A stretch of DNA of 64,000 nucleotides, taken from positions 9,216-73,215 of the forward strand of contig JANXVU010000073.1 in assembly GCA_025351485.1 (NCBI GenBank), given 5' to 3'. Below the pieces are notes generated by a model. The model made no database searches and was not told the DNA's origin. It saw nothing but the letters and a program-made list of their open reading frames with translations. Positions 47,716 to 61,974 of this stretch are shown piece after piece; position 1 is the stretch's first letter, and every line of letters starts with the position of its first letter. Position numbers and translations under genes: made by a program. This DNA comes from Candidatus Eiseniibacteriota bacterium (lineage in GTDB: Bacteria; Eisenbacteria; RBG-16-71-46; JACRLI01).

Positions 47716-49272
47716 TCAGAGCGGGATGTTCCCGTGCTTCTTGGCCGGGAGCGTCTGGCGCTTGTTTTCCAGGCTCTCCAGCGCGCGGATCAACCGCGGG
47801 CGCGTCTCCTTGGGCTCGATCACGTCGTCCAGGTAGCCCAGTTCGGCGGCGATCCACGGGCTGGCGAACTTCTCGTTGTATTCCTCGATCAGCTTCGCGC
47901 GCTCGGCCACCGGGTCGGCGGCGTTCTTCAGCCGGTCGCGATACAGGATGTTCACCGCGCCGTCCGCGCCCATCACCGCCATCTCGGCGCTGGGCCAGGC
48001 CACGTTGTAGTCGCCCCGGATGTGCTTGCTGCTCATGACGTCGTAGGCGCCGCCGTAGGCCTTGCGCGTGACCACGGTCAGCTTGGGTACGGTGGCCTCG
48101 CAGTAGGCGAACAACAGCTTGGCGCCGTGCTTGATGATCCCGCCGTACTCCTGGCGCGTCCCGGGCAGGAAGCCCGGCACGTCCTCGAAGGTGATGATCG
48201 GAACGTTGAAGCAGTCGCAGGTGCGGACGAACCGCGCGCCCTTGAGCGAAGAGTCGATATCCAGGACCCCCGCCAGCGCGCTGGGCTGGTTGCCCACGAT
48301 CCCGACGGAGCGCCCGTCCATGCGCGCGTAGCCCACGATCAGGTTGGGCGCGTAGTGCGCGTGCACTTCGAAGAAGTCGCCGTCGTCCACGATGCGCTTC
48401 ACCACTTCCCGCATGTCGTAGGGCTTGTTGGCGGAGTCGGGGATGAGGGTGTTCAGCGACTCGTCCATGCGATCGCGGTCGTCGGAGGTGGCCATGCGCG
48501 GCGCGTCCTCCATGTTGTTCTGCGGCAGGAACGACAGCAGCCGCTTCACGTGCTCGATGGCGTCCTGGTCGTCCTCGGCCGCGAAGTGGGCCACGCCGCT
48601 GCGCGAGTTGTGGGTCATCGCCCCGCCCAGCTCCTCGAAGGTCACGATCTCGTTGGTCACTGTCTTGATCACGTCCGGGCCGGTCACGAACATGTGGCTG
48701 GTGTTCTTGACCATGATGGTGAAGTCGGTGATGGCCGGCGAATACACCGCTCCTCCGGCGCAGGGGCCCAGCACCGCGGAGATCTGCGGCACCACGCCCG
48801 AGGCCAGCGTGTTGCGCAGGAACACTTCCGCGTAGGCGCCCAGAGAGATCACGCCCTCCTGGATGCGCGCCCCGCCGGAGTCGTTCAGCCCCACCACCGG
48901 CGCTCCGTTTTCCATGGCCAGGTCCATGATGCGGCAGATCTTGAGCCCGTTGGCCTCGCTCATGGTGCCGCCGAACACGGTGAAGTCCTGCGCGAACACG
49001 TACACCTGGCGGCCGTTCACCCGCCCCACGCCGGCCACCACGCCGTCGCCGGTGATGCGCTTCTTGTCCATGCCGAAGTCGTCGCAGCGGTGGGTGACGT
49101 AGGTGCCGATTTCCTGGAAGGAGCCCTGGTCCAACAGCAGTTCCACCCGCTCGCGGGCCGTGAGGCGGCCCTGGGCGTGCTGCTTGGCGATGCGCTCCTC
49201 GCCGCCTCCCATGAGCGCCTCGGCGTGGCGGCGGCGGAGTTCGTTCAATTTGTCCTGGTTGGTTCGACTCAA
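47716..49272 (-). CDS. pccB: Acyl-CoA carboxylase beta subunit (propionyl-CoA carboxylase / methylmalonyl-CoA carboxyltransferase)
   Basis: [44 protein letters not shown]. Confidence 0.93.
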   Translation of the reverse strand: MSRTNQDKLNELRRRHAEALMGGGEERIAKQHAQGRLTARERVELLLDQGSFQEIGTYVTHRCDDFGMDKKRITGDGVVAGVGRVNGRQVYVFAQDFTVFGGTMSEANGLKICRIMDLAMENGAPVVGLNDSGGARIQEGVISLGAYAEVFLRNTLASGVVPQISAVLGPCAGGAVYSPAITDFTIMVKNTSHMFVTGPDVIKTVTNEIVTFEELGGAMTHNSRSGVAHFAAEDDQDAIEHVKRLLSFLPQNNMEDAPRMATSDDRDRMDESLNTLIPDSANKPYDMREVVKRIVDDGDFFEVHAHYAPNLIVGYARMDGRSVGIVGNQPSALAGVLDIDSSLKGARFVRTCDCFNVPIITFEDVPGFLPGTRQEYGGIIKHGAKLLFAYCEATVPKLTVVTRKAYGGAYDVMSSKHIRGDYNVAWPSAEMAVMGADGAVNILYRDRLKNAADPVAERAKLIEEYNEKFASPWIAAELGYLDDVIEPKETRPRLIRALESLENKRQTLPAKKHGNIPL

Positions 49273-49324
49273 GGGATACTCCTGGTGAAAGTGGCCGCGG
49301 CGTGAGCAGGCCGGCGGCGGCGAG

Positions 49325-49900
49325 TCAATGCGATGCTCCCCCGGGCGCGCGGGCGAGAAGCGCCTTCAGGCGCCCCACCCGCATCAGCAGGTCCCAGGCC
49401 GCCCCGGTGGCGGTGATCAAGAGCATGAACATGGACCAGAAAACGAAGCCGATCGCCATTTCGTTGTTCCCGCGGATGAGCGACCAACCGGCGTAGACCA
49501 GCGAGGCGTTGCCCAGGAACGGGGGGATGAACCGGCGGAACAGCACCTTGCGGGTGAAGATCGCGTCGGTCTTGCCCACCAGGTGCCGGGAGTTCAGGAC
49601 CATCATCCCGATCCGGACCGCGCCCAGCATGATGAAGGCCGTCGACAGCGGCCGCATCGGCATGAGCGGCACCAGCATGAACATGGAAATGACCATCACC
49701 CACATGAAGCCATAGAACGATTCCAGGGCCATGGCGTGGATGTGCTTGTTGTCCTCGTGCACCACCGTGTCCAGGTGCAGGGACAAGGAAATGAACAGGA
49801 CCCCCATCAGCGTAGCCGCGGCGGTGCCCGAGAGCACGAACAGGTCGTGGCAGTGCTCCAGGTACTGCTGAAAGTTCGAGCCGGGAAAGGCGGATTCCAT
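49325..49900 (-). CDS. Integral membrane hypothetical protein
   Basis: About five TM helices; F...[16 protein letters not shown] and AWDLL motifs. Confidence 0.75.
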   Translation of the reverse strand: MESAFPGSNFQQYLEHCHDLFVLSGTAAATLMGVLFISLSLHLDTVVHEDNKHIHAMALESFYGFMWVMVISMFMLVPLMPMRPLSTAFIMLGAVRIGMMVLNSRHLVGKTDAIFTRKVLFRRFIPPFLGNASLVYAGWSLIRGNNEMAIGFVFWSMFMLLITATGAAWDLLMRVGRLKALLARAPGGASH

Positions 49901-49954
49901 GGAAACTCCGTCAGGATGGAGGTAATCGAACGCCGGAAGTGATATTCTGGTCCG

Positions 49955-50719
49955 ATGATGGAACGCCGACTGACGCACGTCAACTGGATGGATATCCGCG
50001 ATCGCATGCAGGCCGGGGAGCGCCGGCTGATGCTGCAGGCGGGATCGCTGGAGGCGCACGGATCCATTCCGCAGGGCACCGATATATTCATCCCAGGGTA
50101 CTTGTGCGGGCGTCTGGCCGAACCACTGGCCAGCTGGATCGCCCCGTGCATTCCCTACGGTGTCACTCGTTCGCTGGCCGCGTACCCGGGAACCGTGCAC
50201 ATCGAGCCGGCCGCGTTCAGCGCCTACCTGGCCGACGTTCTGCGCTCCTTCGCGCGCCAGGGCTTCACGGAAATCCTGATCCTGAACGGCCACGGCGGGC
50301 ACACGGCTCAGCTTCGGGAAACCGCGGGAGCGGTGCACGTGGAGACCGGCGCACGAATCGCCGCCGTGGACTGGTGGACCGAGTGCTACGACCTGTGCTT
50401 GAAGCATCTCGGGGTTCCTGGCGGTCACGCCGGCGCGGACGAGGCGGCCATGGTGCGCGCCGCCGAGCCCGGACTGGTCACGCCGGCCCGCGACAAGGAT
50501 GTGAAGGGTTGGGTCGGCCGCGCGTCCACCGCCGCGTTTCCGGTGCCGGGCAGCCTGATCTCCACCACCCCCGAGGGGCTCACGGTGATCCACGACGAGG
50601 CGGCCTGCCGGGCCTACGTGGAGGCATCGGTCCAGCGCCTGGAGCAGGTGCTGCAGAGCGTGCTTGAAGGATGGAGCGTCTTTGGGGAAACGCTTCCCGT
50701 GGGGCCGGTGCGAATTTAA
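49955..50719 (+). CDS. Creatininase family protein
   Basis: GSLEAHG.IP.GTD, YPGTV, NGHGG, HAG.DE. Confidence 0.92.
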   Translation: MMERRLTHVNWMDIRDRMQAGERRLMLQAGSLEAHGSIPQGTDIFIPGYLCGRLAEPLASWIAPCIPYGVTRSLAAYPGTVHIEPAAFSAYLADVLRSFARQGFTEILILNGHGGHTAQLRETAGAVHVETGARIAAVDWWTECYDLCLKHLGVPGGHAGADEAAMVRAAEPGLVTPARDKDVKGWVGRASTAAFPVPGSLISTTPEGLTVIHDEAACRAYVEASVQRLEQVLQSVLEGWSVFGETLPVGPVRI

Positions 50720-50832
50720 CAATTATTTATCCAATTGCCCGCCCACATTGATCCTCGTTTGTATTACCCATTGCCTCTGCAGTCTCAGCGTCGTGGAACC
50801 GCAAATCCATACACCGACCCGTGGAGGAGATT

Positions 50833-52512
50833 ATGCGCAGGCGTTCCCTCGTCGTCATCCTTGCAGCTCTCCTGTTGCTCCCGAACCTTGCAAAGGCCGG
50901 TGCGTTCGACAACTCCCTGTGGCTGGGCACCGACAACACTTCGAATCGGTCGGTGCTCAATACCGACCGCGCGGGAAACGAACTTCGCCAGGTGAGCCTG
51001 ACCGAGGCCTCCGGGATCGCCATCGATCCCAGGGCAAACCGCGTCTAATTCGGAACATCCGGGTTGCAGATCACCGAGCGGGACCTGGGCGCGCCGGCAA
51101 CGGTGCTTAGCACTATCAGCGCCCCGGGGAGTTTCGGGGAAGACATGGCTTTTGACGGAACCTTTATCTGGCGCGCCGACGTCAGCGCCGGGAAGGTTCA
51201 AAAAATCAATCCTGCGGACGGATCGGTGGTCTCGGATTTCGCTCCCGGATTCTCCCCGCTCGGCGTTGCCTGGGATGGGGCGCATCTGTGGGTGAGCGAG
51301 TACGTCGCCGACGGCGTGGTCAAGCAGTTCGACACGGCTGGAAACCCGACCGGCAACCAGTTCGTCTCCCCGCTGGCGGGGAAGCTGGCCGGTGGTCTGG
51401 CCTATGACCTCACGGATGGAACCCTGTGGATCGGGACGACGGCGGAGGTGGTCCACTGCACTGCCACCGGCGTTCGGCTGGGCTCTTTCAGCGTGCCCAC
51501 GCCCGATGGGCGTTTTGTGGACGGGCTGGAGTTTCAGGGCGTACCCCAGAAGTTCGACAACTCCCTGTGGCTGGGCACCGACAACACTTTCGCCCGGCCG
51601 GTGTTGGACGTGGACCGGGCCGGACATGAATTGCGCCGAGTCAACTCGACGGAAGCCACCGGCATCGCCATTGATCCCGCCAGCAACAGGATCTTTTTCG
51701 GAACCTCCGGGCTGACTGTCACCAGCCGGGACCTGGTCGATCCCGGAACGGTCGTGGCGACCCTCAACCCGGCGGGGTCGTTCGGGGAAGACATGGCCTT
51801 CGACGGTACATACCTGTGGCGCGCGGACGTGGGCGGCGGCGGAAACCTCCAGAAGATCAACCCCGCGGATGGATCCGTCCTGTTCCAGTTCAATCCGGGA
51901 TTCGCGCCGCTGGGCGTGGCCTGGGACGGATCCCACCTGTGGGTGAGCCAGTTCACCGTGGATGGACTGGTCAAGCAGTTCGACACCGCGGGAAACCCGA
52001 CCGGTCCGCAGTTCACCGCGCCGACGGGGGGCAAGGATGCCGGTGGGCTGGCCTGGGATCCCACCGACGGAACACTGTGGATCGGAACTTTCGGGGAAGT
52101 GATTCACTGCGCAACCGACGGAACCAGGCTGGGTTCGTTCGCCGTGCCCGAGGATGACGGGCGGTTCGTGGACGGCCTGGAGTTCCAGAGCGGGACTTCC
52201 CTGGTTGGCGTTCCGGGCGGCCCGAGAGGATCGAAAGACCTGATGGCGCTTACCGTGGATCCCAATCCGTTCCGGAATTCCGTTCGGGTTTCTGTGCAGT
52301 TGGCCCGCTCGGCAGCCCTGGCACTGGAGGTGTTCAACGTGAAGGGAAACCGGATCGCCATTCTCGCGAACGGTCAGGCCGCAGCGGGAAGCCGAGTGTA
52401 TCGCTGGGACGCCCGCGATGCACGCGGCAGGCGCCAGCCGGCGGGGGTCTACTGGGTCAAGGCCACCGTGGATGGCCGCCAACTGACCCGCTCGGTGACT
52501 TTCGTCCGCTAA
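50833..52512 (+). pseudogene. Secreted tandem beta-propeller-like protein with FlgD/T9SS-like tail, interrupted by TAA 51046-51048
   Basis: ORFs 50821-51048 and 51064-52512 share a frame; NRV*FGTSG aligns with NRIFFGTSG in the internal repeat; PNPF...WD.RD..G...PAGVYW tail. Confidence 0.75.
50905..52190 (+). repeat. Intragenic tandem duplication, ~648-bp period
   Basis: TTCGACAACTCCCTGTGGCTGGGCACCGACAACACT at 50905 and 51553; both units end GRFVDGLEFQ. Confidence 0.9.
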
Positions 52513-52755
52513 CCCGGCGTGGGTTGCATACCCGGGGGCGCATGGCGAGGTACCCCCAAAAACGGCTCCGGGAGAAGCTGAGAATCAAGCAGGAGCCGCG
52601 CTTCGTGTTTATCGCCGCGCCGTCCGGAATCGTGAAGAGCCTCGGGTCGATGCGGCCCGAGGCTCTCGAGCTTCGGGGGCGCGGGCACTGCTCGACACGG
52701 CTGACTAGCCCGTCCTTTTCCCCGCGGGCCGCTTCTTCCCACCCCCACAAACTCC

Positions 52756-52784
52756 TTGTCTCCCCCCATGCCGCATGGTATTTT
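52756..52784 (+). promoter_or_regulatory. sigma70-like promoter of the pyr operon
   Basis: TTGTCT, 17 bp, TATTTT with extended TG. Confidence 0.6.
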
Positions 52785-52811
52785 TCACCTGATTCCACAG
52801 ACCAGCCGCCA

Positions 52812-54431
<1,620 letters not shown>

Positions 54432-54435
<4 letters not shown>

Positions 54436-55742
54436 ACCGGGAAACTCTGTTACTGCGCGGGGGCCGGGTGCTCGACCCCTGGACGGGCACGGACTCGGTC
54501 CAGGACGTGCGCGTGGAAGATGGCCGGATTTCCGCGCTGGGAAACGCGCTGAAGCCCGAGGGCGCCCGCGAAATCGATGCCCGCGGGCTGTGGGTGCTCC
54601 CGGGCTGCTTCGACATGCACATCCATCTGCGCCAGCCCGGGCGGAGCGACGAAGAGACCGTGGAAACCGGCCTGCTGGGCGCGGCCCGCGGCGGCTTCAC
54701 CGACGTGGCCTGCATGCCCAACACCGATCCCGCGCTGGACCATCCTTTCTTGTTGATCGCGCTGCTGGAGCAGGCGAAGCGTTCCGGCAGGGCCCGGCTC
54801 CACCCGATCGCGGCCGCCACCAAGGGGCGCAAGGGGGAGAGCCCGGCCGACTACGCCTCGCTCTTCGCCGCGGGAGCGGTGGCGGTGAGCGACGACGGCG
54901 ATCCGGTGCGGGACGCCGCGGTGGCACGACGCTGCCTGGAACTGCTGCGCTCCCACGACCGGGTGCTGATCGAGCACGCGGAAGACCCGGCGCTGAGCGG
55001 GCGCGGCGTGATGCACGAAGGACTGGTTTCGCTGGAGCTCGGCCGACCGGGAATTCCCGCGGCCTCCGAGGACCTGTGCGTGGAGCGCGACATCGTGCTG
55101 GCCCGCCTCACCGGGGCGCGGGTCCACATCGCGCACATTTCCAGCAAGGGCGTGGTGGCCGCTCTGCGCCGCGCGCGCGCCGAGGGGCTGGCCCTGACCG
55201 GGGAAACCGCGCCGCATTACTTCTGGTTCACCGACGAGGACACCCGCCGTCCTGACGGAATCTTCCGCGTGAACCCGCCGCTCCGCAGCCTCGATCACCA
55301 GGAAGCGCTGCTGGAAGGGATCCAGGACGGCACCATCACCGTGCTGGCCACCGACCACGCCCCCCACTCGCCCGAGGAAAAGGCGCAGCCCTTCGGCCAG
55401 GCGCCACCGGGATTCCTGGGGTTGGAGACGGCCCTGGCGGCAAGCCACGCGGCGCTGGTGGTGCCGGGACATATCCAGCCGCTCCACTGGGCCTCGCTGT
55501 GGACGCGCGGGCCGCGGGAAGCGCTGGGCCTGGCCCCGAATCGGATCGCCGAGGGCCAGCCGGCCGACCTTACGGTGTTCGACCCGAAGGTGAAGTGGCG
55601 CGTGGAGGCCGCCCGGTTCGCCTCCAAGTCGCGCAACACCCCCTTCGATGGTATGGAATTGACCGGACGTCCCGTCCTGACGATCCTGGCCGGCCAGTTG
55701 ACCTTTGATGCCACCCGCACGGAAGAGAGCGCGCTGCCATGA
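54432..55742 (+). CDS. pyrC: Dihydroorotase
   Basis: DMHIHLRQPG, CMPNT, SDDG, VNPPLR, TDHAPH, SKSRNTPF. Confidence 0.96.
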
Positions 55743-56854
55743 ACCTGGAATCCCGGAACCCCGCGCGCCTGGCGCTGGAGGACGGCACGGTCTACGAAGG
55801 CTGGCAGTACGGAGCCCGCGGCACGCGGTGCGGCGAGACCGTGTTCAACACCTCCATGAGCGGCTACACGGAGATCCTCACCGACCCTTCCTACAAGGGC
55901 CAGTTCGTCACTTTCAGCTACCCGCAGATCGGCAACTACGGAGTGAGCGACCTGGATTTTGAATCCAGCTCGTTCCAGGCCGAGGGCGTGGTCGTGCGCG
56001 AAGGCACCCACTCCGCCGGCCAGGCTCCGGATCTTGAACCGATGCTGGTGGAGAGCGGCGTGGTGGGGATCCAGGGCATCGACACCCGCTCCCTGGTGCG
56101 CCGGCTGCGCGATCGGGGCGTGCTGAAGGGCTGCATCGACTCCACCGGCATCGCCGCTTCGGAGCTGGTGGCGCGCGCGCGTGCCCATGCTTCGATCACC
56201 GGAGGAAATTTCGTGGAGCAGGTCTCCACCAGCGCCCCGTACGACTTTGACCTGGAGGGCCCTCAGGAGGGTCCCCGGGTGGCGGTGATGGACTACGGCG
56301 TCAAGCGCAGCATCCTGCGCTGCCTCGCGCGGGGCGGAGCGCGCGTCCGGGTGTTTCCCGCCAAGACCAGCCGCGCGGACCTTCTGGCGTGGGACCCGCA
56401 GGGGGTGGTGCTGTCCAACGGCCCCGGAGACCCGGTGGATGTGCCCTACGCCGTGGAGCTCGCGAAGAGCCTGGTCGGGGAACTGCCGGTGCTGGGCATA
56501 TGCCTCGGGCACCAGATCCTGGGCCAGGCCGCGGGCATGAAGACGTTCAAGCTCTCGTTCGGGCACCACGCGGCCAACCATCCCGTGGCGGACGTGCGCA
56601 CCGGGGCGGTGTGGATCACTTCGCAGAATCACAACTACTGCGTCCAGTGGGACGAGGCGGCCTCGAAGGACTGGGAGATCACCCTGCGGAACCTCAACGA
56701 CAAGACCATGGAAGGCTTCCGCCACCGGACGCTTCCGGTGACCGCGATCCAGTTCCACCCGGAAGCCGGGCCCGGCCCGCACGACGCGTTCAGCATCTTT
56801 CCGGACTTCCTGGCCCAGGTGCGCGCGGGCCGCACGGGAGCGGCCGCCCGATGA
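55739..56854 (+). CDS. carA: Carbamoyl-phosphate synthase small subunit
   Basis: [41 protein letters not shown]. Confidence 0.97.
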   Translation: MNLESRNPARLALEDGTVYEGWQYGARGTRCGETVFNTSMSGYTEILTDPSYKGQFVTFSYPQIGNYGVSDLDFESSSFQAEGVVVREGTHSAGQAPDLEPMLVESGVVGIQGIDTRSLVRRLRDRGVLKGCIDSTGIAASELVARARAHASITGGNFVEQVSTSAPYDFDLEGPQEGPRVAVMDYGVKRSILRCLARGGARVRVFPAKTSRADLLAWDPQGVVLSNGPGDPVDVPYAVELAKSLVGELPVLGICLGHQILGQAAGMKTFKLSFGHHAANHPVADVRTGAVWITSQNHNYCVQWDEAASKDWEITLRNLNDKTMEGFRHRTLPVTAIQFHPEAGPGPHDAFSIFPDFLAQVRAGRTGAAAR

Positions 56855-59800
56855 CCATGCCCGGCTTTCCCCACCGCACGGATCTCAAGACCATCATGAT
56901 CCTGGGCTCCGGCCCGGTGGTGATCGGCCAGGCGTGCGAGTTCGACTACTCGGGCACCCAGGCCTGCCGCGCGCTGCGCGCCCTGGGCTACCGCGTGATC
57001 CTGATCAACTCGAACCCGGCCACCATCATGACCGACCGGGACGTGGCCGACCGCACCTACCTGGAGCCGGTCACCATGGAAGTGGCCGCGCGGATCATCG
57101 CGCTGGAGCGGCCCGATGCGCTGTTGCCCACCATGGGCGGCCAGACCGCGCTCAACGTGGCGATGGAGCTGGCAGAGCAGGGCACGCTGGACTATTACGG
57201 GGTGGAGCTGATCGGGGCCAAGCCCGAGGTGATCCATCGCGCCGAGAGCCGCGAGGCGTTCCGCGACTGCATGCAGAAGGCCGGCATGCTGCTGCCGCGC
57301 AGCAAGGCGGTCCGGGAAATCGAGGCCGGCGTGACGTTCTCGCGCGAGGTCGGCCTGCCGGTGATCGTGCGCGGCTCGTTCGCCCTGGGCGGCAGCGGCA
57401 GCGGCGTGGCCCGCACCGAGGACGAGCTGCGCTATCGCCTGGAGCAGTGCCTGATGGCCAGCGCCTCCCACGAGGCCCTGGTGGAAGAGTCGCTGCTGGG
57501 ATTCATGGAGTTCGAGCTCGAGCTCATGCGTGACCGGGCGGACAACGCGGTGGTGGTGTGCTCCATCGAGAATGTGGATCCCATGGGAATCCACACCGGC
57601 GACAGCGTGACCGTGGCCCCGCAGCAAACCCTCTCGGACCGCGAGTACCAGGCCATGCGCGACGACTCGCTCAAGATCCTGCGCGCGGTGGGCGTAGAAA
57701 CCGGCGGGTGCAACATCCAGTTCGCGGTGGACCCGGCGAGCCGCAAGCGCTACGTGATCGAGATGAACCCGCGCGTCTCCCGCAGCTCCGCGCTGGCTTC
57801 CAAGGCCACCGGATTTCCCATCGCCAAGATCGCCGCGTGGCTCGCGGTGGGCGCCACCCTGGACCAGATCCCCAACGACATCACGCGCAAGACCCCGGCC
57901 GCGTTCGAGCCGGCGCTGGACTACGTGGCGGTGAAGATCCCGCGCTGGGCGTTCGAGAAGTTCCCCAAGGCCGAGCCCATCCTGGGCACCCAGATGAAAT
58001 CGGTGGGCGAGGTGATGGGCCTGGGGCGCTCCTTCAAGGAGGCGTTCCTGAAGGCGCTGCGCTCGCTGGAAGCCCCCACGTTCGGCTGGACCGGCCCGTA
58101 CGGTCCGGGGCCGCTGTCGCGCGAGGACCTGGAAGTGGCCCGCCCGGGGCGCTGGCTGGCCATCCGGCAGGCGATCATGGAAGGCCGCCCGCTCGCCGAC
58201 CTGAACCAGTGGACCGGCGTTCACCCGTGGTTCCTTTCGCAGATGGACGAGCTCCTCTCGTTGGAGCGCCAGGTGCGGGCCGCGGGGCGCTCCTTCCTGC
58301 GCAGCACGCCGCTCCTGACCGAGTGCAAGCGCTCGGGCTTCGGGGACCGGGACCTTTCCATGATGTCCGGGGTATCGGAGGCGGAGGTGCGCGCGGTGCG
58401 GGAGGCCGTGGGCCTCAAGCCGGTGATGAAGGCGCTGGACACCTGCGCCGCCGAGTTCGAGGCGGAGACGCCGTACTTCTACTCGACCTTCGGGGAAGAG
58501 GACGAGTCGCGCGCGCCGGCGAGGCCGTCGGTGGTGGTGCTCGGAAGCGGACCCAACCGCATCGGGCAGGGGCTGGAGTTCGACTACTGCCGCGTGCAGG
58601 CCTGCCTCGAGCTGCGCGAGATGAACTACGACGTGGTCATGATCAACTCCAACCCGGAGACGGTCAGCACCGACTACGACATCTCGGACCGGCTGTACTT
58701 CGAGCCGCTGACCCTGGAGAACGTGCTGGCGGTGGTGGAGCGCGAGAAGCCGCTCGGGGTGATCGTGCAGCTGGGCGGCCAGACGCCGCTGGGGCTCGCG
58801 CGTGGGCTGCACGATCTGGGGGTGAAGCTGCTCGGCACCGGCTGGGATGCCATCGACCGCGCCGAGAACCGCGAGCGCTTCGCCGAACTGGTGCGCGAGC
58901 TCGGCCTGCGCCAGCCCATCCACGCCACGGCGTGGAACGAGGACGACGCCTTTGCCCAGGCCGAGCAGATGGGCTATCCCATCCTGGCGCGCCCGTCCTA
59001 CGTGCTGGGCGGCCGGGGGATGAAGATCCTGTACGGGCCCGACCAGCTCTCGACGCTCATGACCGACATCGGGGTTTCCCGCGAGGAACCGCTGCTGCTG
59101 GACCGCTTCCTGGAGGACGCGATCGAACTCGAGGTGGACGCGGTGTGCGACGGGAAGCGCGTGTGGATGGGCGCGATCATGGAGCACCTGGAGGCGGCGG
59201 GGATCCACTCGGGCGATTCCGCGTGCGTGATCCCGACCTTCTCGGTGGGCACGGAAACGCTGGACAAGATCAAGGACCTTACCGAGCGGCTGGCGCGCGC
59301 GCTTCCGGTGGTGGGGCTGATGAACCTGCAGTTCGCCCTCAAGGGAGACCTGCTCTACGTGCTGGAAGTGAACCCGCGCGGATCGCGAACCGTGCCCTTC
59401 GTGAGCAAGGCGGCCGGGTGGCCGCTGGCCCGCGTGGCGACCCGCGTGATGATGGGAGAGCCGCTGCCCACGGACGAAGCCCCATCCCACGGCGAACCCG
59501 CCCACGTGGCGCTCAAGCATCCGGCGCTGCCCTTCGACCGTTTCCCCGGCGAGGACACTCTGCTGGGGCCCGAAATGAAATCCACGGGCGAAGTGGTCGG
59601 GATCTCCGAGGACATGGGCATGGCCTACGCCAAGGCGCGCCTGGCGCTGGGAGAGAGGCTGCCGCTCAAGGGCCGCGCGTTCATCTCGGTGAGCGATCCC
59701 GACAAGCGGGCCATCGTGTTCATGGCCAAGCAACTCAAGCATCTCGGCTTCGAGCTCCTGGCCACCGAGGGGACCGCGAAATTCCTGAAGCGCAACGGCA

Positions 59801-60081
59801 TTCCGGCCCGGCCCGTGCACAAGGTGCACGAGGGCCACCCGCACGCGGGGGACCTGATCGCCCGCGGGGAGGTGGATATGGTCATCAACACCCCGCTCGG
59901 CCGAATTTCGCACGTCGACGAGGCCACCATCCGGCGCGCGGCCCTGGCGCACCACGTCCCGTGCCTGACCACCCTGCCGGCGGCCGCCGCCGCCCTGCAC
60001 GCCATCGAAGCGCTCCAGCGCGGGGCGTTCCCGGTATACGCTCTCCAGGATCTGCATCCGGCGCCCGGAGAGGGTTCGTGA
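56851..60081 (+). CDS. carB: Carbamoyl-phosphate synthase large subunit
   Basis: [48 protein letters not shown] domain. Confidence 0.98.
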   Translation: MTMPGFPHRTDLKTIMILGSGPVVIGQACEFDYSGTQACRALRALGYRVILINSNPATIMTDRDVADRTYLEPVTMEVAARIIALERPDALLPTMGGQTALNVAMELAEQGTLDYYGVELIGAKPEVIHRAESREAFRDCMQKAGMLLPRSKAVREIEAGVTFSREVGLPVIVRGSFALGGSGSGVARTEDELRYRLEQCLMASASHEALVEESLLGFMEFELELMRDRADNAVVVCSIENVDPMGIHTGDSVTVAPQQTLSDREYQAMRDDSLKILRAVGVETGGCNIQFAVDPASRKRYVIEMNPRVSRSSALASKATGFPIAKIAAWLAVGATLDQIPNDITRKTPAAFEPALDYVAVKIPRWAFEKFPKAEPILGTQMKSVGEVMGLGRSFKEAFLKALRSLEAPTFGWTGPYGPGPLSREDLEVARPGRWLAIRQAIMEGRPLADLNQWTGVHPWFLSQMDELLSLERQVRAAGRSFLRSTPLLTECKRSGFGDRDLSMMSGVSEAEVRAVREAVGLKPVMKALDTCAAEFEAETPYFYSTFGEEDESRAPARPSVVVLGSGPNRIGQGLEFDYCRVQACLELREMNYDVVMINSNPETVSTDYDISDRLYFEPLTLENVLAVVEREKPLGVIVQLGGQTPLGLARGLHDLGVKLLGTGWDAIDRAENRERFAELVRELGLRQPIHATAWNEDDAFAQAEQMGYPILARPSYVLGGRGMKILYGPDQLSTLMTDIGVSREEPLLLDRFLEDAIELEVDAVCDGKRVWMGAIMEHLEAAGIHSGDSACVIPTFSVGTETLDKIKDLTERLARALPVVGLMNLQFALKGDLLYVLEVNPRGSRTVPFVSKAAGWPLARVATRVMMGEPLPTDEAPSHGEPAHVALKHPALPFDRFPGEDTLLGPEMKSTGEVVGISEDMGMAYAKARLALGERLPLKGRAFISVSDPDKRAIVFMAKQLKHLGFELLATEGTAKFLKRNGIPARPVHKVHEGHPHAGDLIARGEVDMVINTPLGRISHVDEATIRRAALAHHVPCLTTLPAAAAALHAIEALQRGAFPVYALQDLHPAPGEGS

Positions 60082-61973
60082 AGCGCCGGCTCGCCACGCT
60101 GCTCCTCGCGTTCCTCACGCTGTCCGGCTGCGCCTACTACAACACCTTCTACATGGCCCGCAAGGCGTGGGACCAGGCCATGACCGAGCGCAGGAGGAAC
60201 GCCACCGACCTGCCATCGGCCACCGAGCTGCAGGCCTACGACAGTTGCATCCGAGCCTGCAACGGGCTGCTGGTGCGCTATCCGCAGAGCAAGTACGTGG
60301 ACGACGCGATGCTCCTGATCGGCCGGTCACGCCTCGGCCGGGGCGAATACGAGCAGGCCATCGACCAGTTCCAGTCCATGATCGACAGCCTGCCGAACAG
60401 CGAGCTGGTTTCCAACGCCCTGCTGGGCAAGGGCCAGGCGCTCTCCAAACTGAGACGACTTGCCGAGGCGGAGAGCACCATGGTATCGGTGCTCAACGGC
60501 CATCCCGAACTGCGCGAGCGGGACGAACTCCTGCTCAGCCTGGGAGACCTCAAGCGAACCCAGAAGCGCAGCCGCGAAGCGCTCGACTACTACGCCCAGC
60601 TGCTGCGCGAATTTCCCAAGAGCGACAGCCGCTATCTGGCGCTCACCCGCCGCGGCGACACGTATTTCCAGCTGGAAGAATGGGACAGCTCGCGCATCGA
60701 GTTCGAGCGGGTGATCGAAGAGGCCCCTCACCAGGCGGACCGGATCGCGGCCCAGCTCCGGGTGGGAGAGAGCTACGAAGGCGCCCGCCAGTACGACCAG
60801 GCCATCACCTACTACCGCCTGGTGGAGCCCGAGGCCCGCAAGCAGAACCGGGACCCCGAGGTGCAGCTCAAGATCGCCGGGGTGGAACTGCAGCGCGGAA
60901 ACCTGGACAAGGCCGCCGAAATGTACACGCGCCTGCTGGAGGCCAACAAGAACAACAAGTACGGGGGCGCGGCGGCCTTCCAGCTGGGCTACATCGAGGA
61001 GAACTACAAGGACGACTTCGACAAGGCCCGCACGTTCTACGACCAGGTGAAGACTCTGCCGCGTTCGGACTTCTACGACCAGGCGGCGGAGCGGACGGCC
61101 GGGCTCACCCAGGCGGCCGATTACCGGAAGAAGCTCCTGGAGTCGCACAGCCACTTCGACCAGCAGGCCGAGAATGCCTACTCGCTCGGGGAGCTCTATT
61201 ACTTCCAGATCAAGAAGCCGGAACGCGCGGCGGCCCAGTTCCAGCTGGTGGAACGGACCTACAGCTATACGCGCTTCGGCCCCAAGGCGGCCTACGCCAC
61301 CGGTTGGACGCTGGATCGCATGAGGCGCGCCACCGCCGCCGACTCGGCCTACGCGCGCGCCGCGGTCCGCTATCCCGCCACTCCGTTCGGCGCGGCCGCG
61401 CATGACTCGGTGGTGTCGCGGTTTGGCGTCCTCGCGGATTCGATCCTCAAGATCGCCTTCAGGGACACCACCAACACGCTGCTACCCAAGCCGCCCGAGG
61501 CGATACAGGACTCCATCCAACAGGCCTCCTACGCGGACTCGGTGCGCAAGGTGGCGGTGGCCGACTCGCTCCGGAAGATCGTGGTGGCCGATTCGCTCCA
61601 AAAGGTGGCGGAGATCCAGAAGATTCAGCGCGCCCGCTCCGACAGCCTGCGCGTCATCGCCGCGGCCGACACTTCGCGCCGCGCTCCGGCGCGGCCCGAT
61701 TCCGCGGGCGGGGCCGGCCGGGGGCCTTCCCCGATGCCCGGCGGCGGAATCCGCCGGATGCCGGTGGACACCCTGCACGCCATTCCGGAGCCGCCACCTC
61801 CGAGTTCGCCCGCCACGCTTCCGCCCGGAGCTCCACCCGGAAGGCCCGGACAAGCCCTGGAGCCCGTCGTGCCGGGCGGGGGAGCGCCCGTGGATTCCTC
61901 CGAGCTTCCGCCACCGGCGCCCGTGCCCGTTCCGCCGGACTCGACCGGCTCCAAGCGGGACCCCGGGTACTGA
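60078..61973 (+). CDS. TPR-repeat outer-membrane lipoprotein (SprE/PorW-like N-terminus) with Pro-rich tail
   Basis: Lipobox LSGC then AYYNTFY; YP.SKYVDDA; many TPRs; GTGA overlap with carB. Confidence 0.8.
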   Translation: MKRRLATLLLAFLTLSGCAYYNTFYMARKAWDQAMTERRRNATDLPSATELQAYDSCIRACNGLLVRYPQSKYVDDAMLLIGRSRLGRGEYEQAIDQFQSMIDSLPNSELVSNALLGKGQALSKLRRLAEAESTMVSVLNGHPELRERDELLLSLGDLKRTQKRSREALDYYAQLLREFPKSDSRYLALTRRGDTYFQLEEWDSSRIEFERVIEEAPHQADRIAAQLRVGESYEGARQYDQAITYYRLVEPEARKQNRDPEVQLKIAGVELQRGNLDKAAEMYTRLLEANKNNKYGGAAAFQLGYIEENYKDDFDKARTFYDQVKTLPRSDFYDQAAERTAGLTQAADYRKKLLESHSHFDQQAENAYSLGELYYFQIKKPERAAAQFQLVERTYSYTRFGPKAAYATGWTLDRMRRATAADSAYARAAVRYPATPFGAAAHDSVVSRFGVLADSILKIAFRDTTNTLLPKPPEAIQDSIQQASYADSVRKVAVADSLRKIVVADSLQKVAEIQKIQRARSDSLRVIAAADTSRRAPARPDSAGGAGRGPSPMPGGGIRRMPVDTLHAIPEPPPPSSPATLPPGAPPGRPGQALEPVVPGGGAPVDSSELPPPAPVPVPPDSTGSKRDPGY

Positions 61974-61974
61974 C

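Noticed and set aside
15915..51048. TAA reassignment suggested by two in-frame TAA codons
   Set aside because: TAA is a genuine stop for the porin, pstB, the beta-helix gene and the 52512 end; mutation or sequencing error is simpler.
56635..60057. Very long antisense and alternate-frame ORFs (for example 56635-60057, 37389-39320, 31787-33688, 27593-29329)
   Set aside because: They shadow well-recognised genes, as expected with high GC3, and carry no recognisable motifs.
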